A stretch of 64,000 nucleotides of DNA, taken from IMG/VR virus record IMGVR_UViG_3300027143_000001, positions 45,119-109,118 of that record; one strand, written 5' to 3'. The notes below the pieces were generated by a model. It was not told the DNA's origin and searched no databases. It saw nothing but the letters and a program-made list of their open reading frames with translations. This DNA comes from a virus. Of the stretch, positions 60,449 to 64,000 are shown one piece after another; the first letter of the stretch is position 1; each line of letters starts with the position of its first letter. A program made the position numbers and the translations under genes.

Positions 60449-60818
60449 AGGTTGTTGATTTTCTCTTTGCCATGATTTCAGCTTTGCGGTCCCGCTCCTG
60501 CTGAAGTTTATCCTTTAGGTCGTAGAATTTGGCCAGGTCTTTTTGACCCTGCAACTTCATCTCGTATGCCAGCATGGAAGGCATTTGCTCCAGCTGTGGG
60601 ATGCGACGGGATAGTATCTCCATCTTGCGGTCAAGGCTTTTTGGTTTGACCACAAACTGACCCAGGTTGGGAACCTGGATCGAATAGTAATCTCCTGAGC
60701 TCATGCGTTTTCTCAGGGATGTGTAAAAAAACGACACAATATCTTCCACCAACTCTAGCGGAAGCTCCATCTGTTGTGCTGTCTTTGCAATCAGCTCTTT
60801 ACGCTTTACCGGATTCAA
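60399..60818 (-). CDS. HU/IHF-like DNA-binding protein (139 aa)
   Basis: KRKELIAKTAQQMELPLELVEDIVSFFYTSLRKRM...IQVPNLGQFVVK. Confidence 0.7.
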   Translation of the reverse strand: MNPVKRKELIAKTAQQMELPLELVEDIVSFFYTSLRKRMSSGDYYSIQVPNLGQFVVKPKSLDRKMEILSRRIPQLEQMPSMLAYEMKLQGQKDLAKFYDLKDKLQQERDRKAEIMAKRKSTTYEKYDHSDLEKQGEDS

Positions 60819-61194
60819 CAGATAAAAAGTTATAGTCCAACAACACGTTTCCTTTAGCAGATACAGGTATGCGCCCGGTTATCTGTATCATCTTCTTGCC
60901 GCGCCCGGTTTTCTCCACCAGCGCCCGCTTTTCCAACTTGACAATCCTGTTACGCACGTTTTGTGCGCGCACCGCAATCTCTTCCGGCTTCATATCAGGA
61001 TACAGCTCACGGGCTGCATCGGTACAAAATGTACCCAGATTCATAGGTCCCCATACCCCAAGCAGGGTAAGCAGCTCCATGTCTGATGGGATCAGGTGCT
61101 CCTTACCAAAGAATACGACCTCGGTCATTATCTGGTATCTCACCAGGTCTTTGGGGGTTACCCTTACTTTTTTAAGTATACGGTTTACTTCCAT
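60799..61194 (-). CDS. Putative winged-helix DNA-binding protein (131 aa)
   Basis: LIPSDMELLTLL...AQNVRNRIVKLEKRALVEKTG resembles a wHTH. Confidence 0.5.
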   Translation of the reverse strand: MEVNRILKKVRVTPKDLVRYQIMTEVVFFGKEHLIPSDMELLTLLGVWGPMNLGTFCTDAARELYPDMKPEEIAVRAQNVRNRIVKLEKRALVEKTGRGKKMIQITGRIPVSAKGNVLLDYNFLSVESGKA

Positions 61195-61209
61195 AGGGAA
61201 TTAAGTATT

Positions 61210-61337
61210 GTATCCTGAGCCCAGGTCTTGCACCTGGATATCACCCGTTGTCACAAAAGTTGCCAACATTTGTGACGAGCTATCCCACCCGATAGCAGAT
61301 GTGGTTATCTTTTAAGGCTTCGCCCAGCCCAGGATAC
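61210..61337 (-). ncRNA. tRNA-like structured ncRNA (128 nt)
   Basis: 11-bp closing stem GTATCCTGGGC/GCTCAGGATAC stacked on the T-arm-like CCAGG-TGCAAGA-CCTGG, plus internal hairpins. Confidence 0.65.
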
Positions 61338-61354
61338 CTTGGTTTTTCACTTAG

Positions 61355-61429
61355 TTGCGGGGGCAGGATTCGAACCTGCGTACTTTGGCTTATGAGACCA
61401 AGCTGGGACCAACTCCAGTCCACCCCACC
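61355..61429 (-). tRNA. tRNA-Met (CAT), initiator-like, CCA not encoded
   Basis: GGTGGGG/CCCCGCA acceptor with 1:72 mismatch, anticodon arm TTGGT-CTCATAA-GCCAA, T arm GCAGG-TTCGAAT-CCTGC. Confidence 0.9.
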
Positions 61430-61439
61430 TTACCAGAGA

Positions 61440-61727
61440 TTACCACACAATGGCAACCTCAAATGCGTTCAGCATCAAATAGTGTTTATCCTCGATGCTC
61501 ACTACCTCACAGCTCTGCAACGCCTGGCCTGGAATGTATACTTCGTCACCGGCTGACATGCCTTCCACGTCTTCACCAACGGCAGCGATTTTCAAACGGC
61601 TCCACTTGCTGATGAACTCCTGGTCCATGGCAGCTTCCTGATCCGGTGTCAGTTCGATCACTGACTTTGGACGCTCTGGCTTCTCAATGAGAATACGGCG
61701 TCCCTTAAGGGCTTTAAACTCTAACAT
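61440..61727 (-). CDS. groES: GroES/Cpn10-like co-chaperonin (95 aa)
   Basis: FKALKGRRILIEK...IAAVGEDVEGMSAGDEVYI...IEDKHYLMLNAFEVAIV fits the GroES pattern and length. Confidence 0.75.
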   Translation of the reverse strand: MLEFKALKGRRILIEKPERPKSVIELTPDQEAAMDQEFISKWSRLKIAAVGEDVEGMSAGDEVYIPGQALQSCEVVSIEDKHYLMLNAFEVAIVW

Positions 61728-61984
61728 TACTTATTGCTTTTTAATGGTCTCATTTTGGGAGCTTCTGCAGGTGCATCCTCCTCCTCTTGCTCAGGAGCGT
61801 TTTGCTGGTTTTGTACCTGGGCCATAAACATGGTAGCCTGCAGGCGTTCTGCGTCAGATTTAGCAGCACGGGCTTGCTGTTCAGCAAGGTCTGCTCTTAG
61901 TGTAGCCAGTTCAATCTGGTCTTTGTACCACGCTACTACTTCATCGCGGGTAACTTCCTTTTCAGGAGTTTCAGTTTTTGACAT
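61727..61984 (-). CDS. Hypothetical coiled-coil protein (85 aa)
   Basis: Start at MSKTETP (AACCAACTAACCCTATG); the track's extension overlaps the promoter. Confidence 0.65.
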   Translation of the reverse strand: MSKTETPEKEVTRDEVVAWYKDQIELATLRADLAEQQARAAKSDAERLQATMFMAQVQNQQNAPEQEEEDAPAEAPKMRPLKSNK

Positions 61985-62027
61985 AGGGTTAGTTGGTTTA
62001 TTCAGCAAACTGCTGAGGTTTACAGTA

Positions 62028-62059
62028 CAAATATACTTCAAAAGTTTAACCTCTACAAA
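62028..62059 (-). promoter_or_regulatory. Bacteroidota sigma70-type promoter for the leftward operon
   Basis: Minus strand TTTG (62059-62056), 20-nt spacer, TATATTTG (62035-62028). Confidence 0.75.
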
Positions 62060-62075
62060 TTTATGCATATATTTG
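62045..62075 (+). promoter_or_regulatory. Divergent sigma70-type promoter for the 62099 gene
   Basis: TATATTTG at 62068-62075; imperfect TTTA 19 nt upstream. Confidence 0.6.
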
Positions 62076-62098
62076 TACCCTAACCTCTACAAAATAAT

Positions 62099-62848
62099 AT
62101 GTACGTAACCAGAGAAGACGAATGGTCCGCAATGCAAAAGGTATCTGTATTGCTGGAAAAGTACGATGACCTCACACCTGAGAACACGGTGATCCTGAAC
62201 GTAAGCCCTGACTACAGTTCTTCTGTGGCCATGTACCTGGCCCATCAGCTCAGCGTTGAAGGAGAGATGATAAACATGATCCCGGTAGATGTACCCTACC
62301 CCGATGAAGACAAAACCCCATACCAGGATAAGTTTATCAAGCTTATTCCTGAGCTCAAGGGTTATTATAAGATTATCCTGGTAGAAGCGGGTGTGATTAC
62401 CGGCAAGAACTATGCGTTCATGGTAGACCAGTTAAACATGGCAGGATACAATCCCATCACAGTGGCATTGTATGAAAATAAACACAGCACGTTTAAGTGT
62501 GATGTTGTAGGACAGTATTATGACTCCCAGGAGCGGGAGCTGGAATTTTACTATGAGGTGTACAACAAGCACTGGGACAATACCAATGGTTATACATTGA
62601 TTCGTGAACACGACCAGAAGACAATGCATGGTAAGCAAATCAAGTGGATAGAATGGGCTGACAACAACTTTGCAAAGAAAATGCACGACGAGCCTGCAGT
62701 GGGTCGTTCTTTAATTTTGGACCCGCAACACATGTATGCATACACCTGGCTAACAACAACAGTGGCCGAGATTCTTGAACAGACCCCGACCACTGTAAAA
62801 TTTAAGACTAAGAACTCTGTCTACCTGCTAACAGGCATGCGTGCATAA
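62099..62848 (+). CDS. Phosphoribosyltransferase-fold protein with C-terminal extra domain (249 aa)
   Basis: KIILVEAGVITGKN aligns to the PRPP-binding loop (VLLVDDVxxTGxT); VILNVSPDYSSSVAMYLAHQL matches the earlier PRTase strand-helix. Confidence 0.6.
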   Translation: MYVTREDEWSAMQKVSVLLEKYDDLTPENTVILNVSPDYSSSVAMYLAHQLSVEGEMINMIPVDVPYPDEDKTPYQDKFIKLIPELKGYYKIILVEAGVITGKNYAFMVDQLNMAGYNPITVALYENKHSTFKCDVVGQYYDSQERELEFYYEVYNKHWDNTNGYTLIREHDQKTMHGKQIKWIEWADNNFAKKMHDEPAVGRSLILDPQHMYAYTWLTTTVAEILEQTPTTVKFKTKNSVYLLTGMRA

Positions 62849-62850
62849 TC

Positions 62851-63156
62851 TTACTTAACCCTCCATATACGAGCAAACCGTTGCTCTGGTTTAATGACCG
62901 CTGATTTCATCAGCAAATTACCGTGATGCGTTTTGATGATTTTTTTGACGGTGTGCAGTTTAACCTTGGGGATTACAAATGACTGCCTGGGCTTGATCTG
63001 AGTCAGGAGGTCTCCAACTTGTTTTACAAACTCAGGGTCGCGGACTCCTCTTTCTGGAAGAGGTACGTTTGATTCTAACTTGAGCGTCTGCATTTCATCA
63101 GCAACGCTCTTAAGTTTCACAGCAGATTTCGCTGCGATCTTCTTGGATGATGCCAT
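62851..63156 (-). CDS. Hypothetical basic protein (101 aa)
   Basis: LKLESNVPLP...IKPRQSFVIP...ARIWRVK; convergent with the PRTase-like gene. Confidence 0.6.
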   Translation of the reverse strand: MASSKKIAAKSAVKLKSVADEMQTLKLESNVPLPERGVRDPEFVKQVGDLLTQIKPRQSFVIPKVKLHTVKKIIKTHHGNLLMKSAVIKPEQRFARIWRVK

Positions 63157-63217
63157 AGTAAAAGTGATTTTTAATTGTAGAGCAAGGTAGAAAAATCTAA
63201 TGATTCAACAAAAAGAT

Positions 63218-63249
63218 TTTGTACAAAACCAAATTCACCTCTACATTTG
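63218..63249 (+). promoter_or_regulatory. Bacteroidota sigma70-type promoter
   Basis: TTTG (63218-63221), 20-nt spacer, TACATTTG (63242-63249). Confidence 0.75.
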
Positions 63250-63259
63250 TATTGTACCT

Positions 63260-63538
63260 ATGAGTGAAAACCACAAAGCAAAACTGACCCTGTTCTTCAC
63301 AGGGGTCATTCAAGTCTACTTCGTAGCAATCAACACCTATTTCTTAAGCAAAGAGTTTTACCTGGGCGTCACCTTTGCCGCCTTTATGATCTCAATGATA
63401 TGGTCACACAACATCAAGAAGATTGCCTTCGGAACAACGAGCGACAGGGTGCTGTACTCCCTGGGGGCCACGGTAGGTTCTCTCGCAGGTCTTGCGACAA
63501 GCAAAGCAATGACCAGTCTAATCTCCAATCTGCTATGA
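63260..63538 (+). CDS. Small membrane protein (92 aa)
   Basis: Start MSENHK (ACCTATG) just after the promoter; three hydrophobic helices. Confidence 0.65.
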   Translation: MSENHKAKLTLFFTGVIQVYFVAINTYFLSKEFYLGVTFAAFMISMIWSHNIKKIAFGTTSDRVLYSLGATVGSLAGLATSKAMTSLISNLL

Positions 63539-63735
63539 CAATCAACAACAAATTCAAGTTGGGAGAGACTGTCTTTTTAAAGACAGATCCCGACCAGTAT
63601 GCACGCATCATCGTGGCTATTCAGATCACGGTAGACGGAGGCATGCTCTACAAGCTCGCCATCAACATGAGTGAGCAGTGGCACTATGAAGTAGAACTTC
63701 AACGCGAAAAGACTCCAGACTTTATGCAAAACTAA
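63535..63735 (+). CDS. Hypothetical protein (66 aa)
   Basis: ATGA overlap; MTINNKFKLGETVFLKTD... small beta-barrel-like sequence. Confidence 0.65.
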   Translation: MTINNKFKLGETVFLKTDPDQYARIIVAIQITVDGGMLYKLAINMSEQWHYEVELQREKTPDFMQN

Positions 63736-63783
63736 TTCCCTCGACCGCTACCTTGGGACCTGTTACGTGACAGCAGGACAATG

Positions 63784-63818
63784 AAACCCCCGGCCTCATC
63801 GCTTGGGGTTTTTTGTTT
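63784..63818 (+). terminator. Intrinsic terminator
   Basis: AAACCCC...GGGG followed by TTTTTTGTTT. Confidence 0.7.
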
Positions 63819-64000
63819 GCCGGAATCACTCTTCTAACGCTGCCTCATCTGCATGAATTTTTCCAAAAACTGCATGCACTACTGTCCAGTTTTTTACGCA
63901 AGAAACTTGACACATGTACGTAGGGACAGATTGTCCCCCTAGGGTTACCTCACTTTCACCTACCCCCGGTTATACCTACAGGTATTATACCCCCCGGTCT

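Noticed and set aside
547-61204. Numerous plus-strand ORFs of 60-292 aa in the track (e.g. 6222..7100, 547..1137)
   Set aside because: They are antisense shadows of long minus-strand genes and show no recognisable motifs.
61210-61354. Theta/HDV-like ribozyme at the tRNA 3' end
   Set aside because: I could not build the nested double pseudoknot starting at the tRNA end; the element folds as a tRNA-like shape instead.

Overview
This window is 64 kb of a Crassvirales-like (crAss-like) podophage genome, almost all on the minus strand and readable in the standard code. Several TTTG-N19-21-TAnnTTTG promoters and the lack of obvious Shine-Dalgarno sites point to a Bacteroidota host. In transcription order (right to left) it holds small accessory genes, groES, a tRNA-Met(CAT) and a tRNA-like ncRNA, then HU-like and PD-(D/E)xK nuclease genes. 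Next come terminase, portal, scaffold, major capsid, ring/auxiliary capsid proteins, fibre genes, a metallophosphoesterase and a 1910-aa tail protein with a vWA insert. Four putative cargo proteins punctuated by xxGG motifs follow, then two large ejection-type proteins. The window ends in a >3575-aa virion RNA polymerase (HEAFH zincin motif, GSDFDVD catalytic motif) that runs off the left edge and is missing from the ORF track. The best leads are the GG-delimited modular cargo proteins, the 128-nt tRNA-mimic RNA, a hairpin whose loop is antisense to AACCAAC leaders of late genes, and a multi-hairpin/pseudoknot RNA after the capsid gene. All family assignments come from motif recognition, synteny and memory; no database searches were run.
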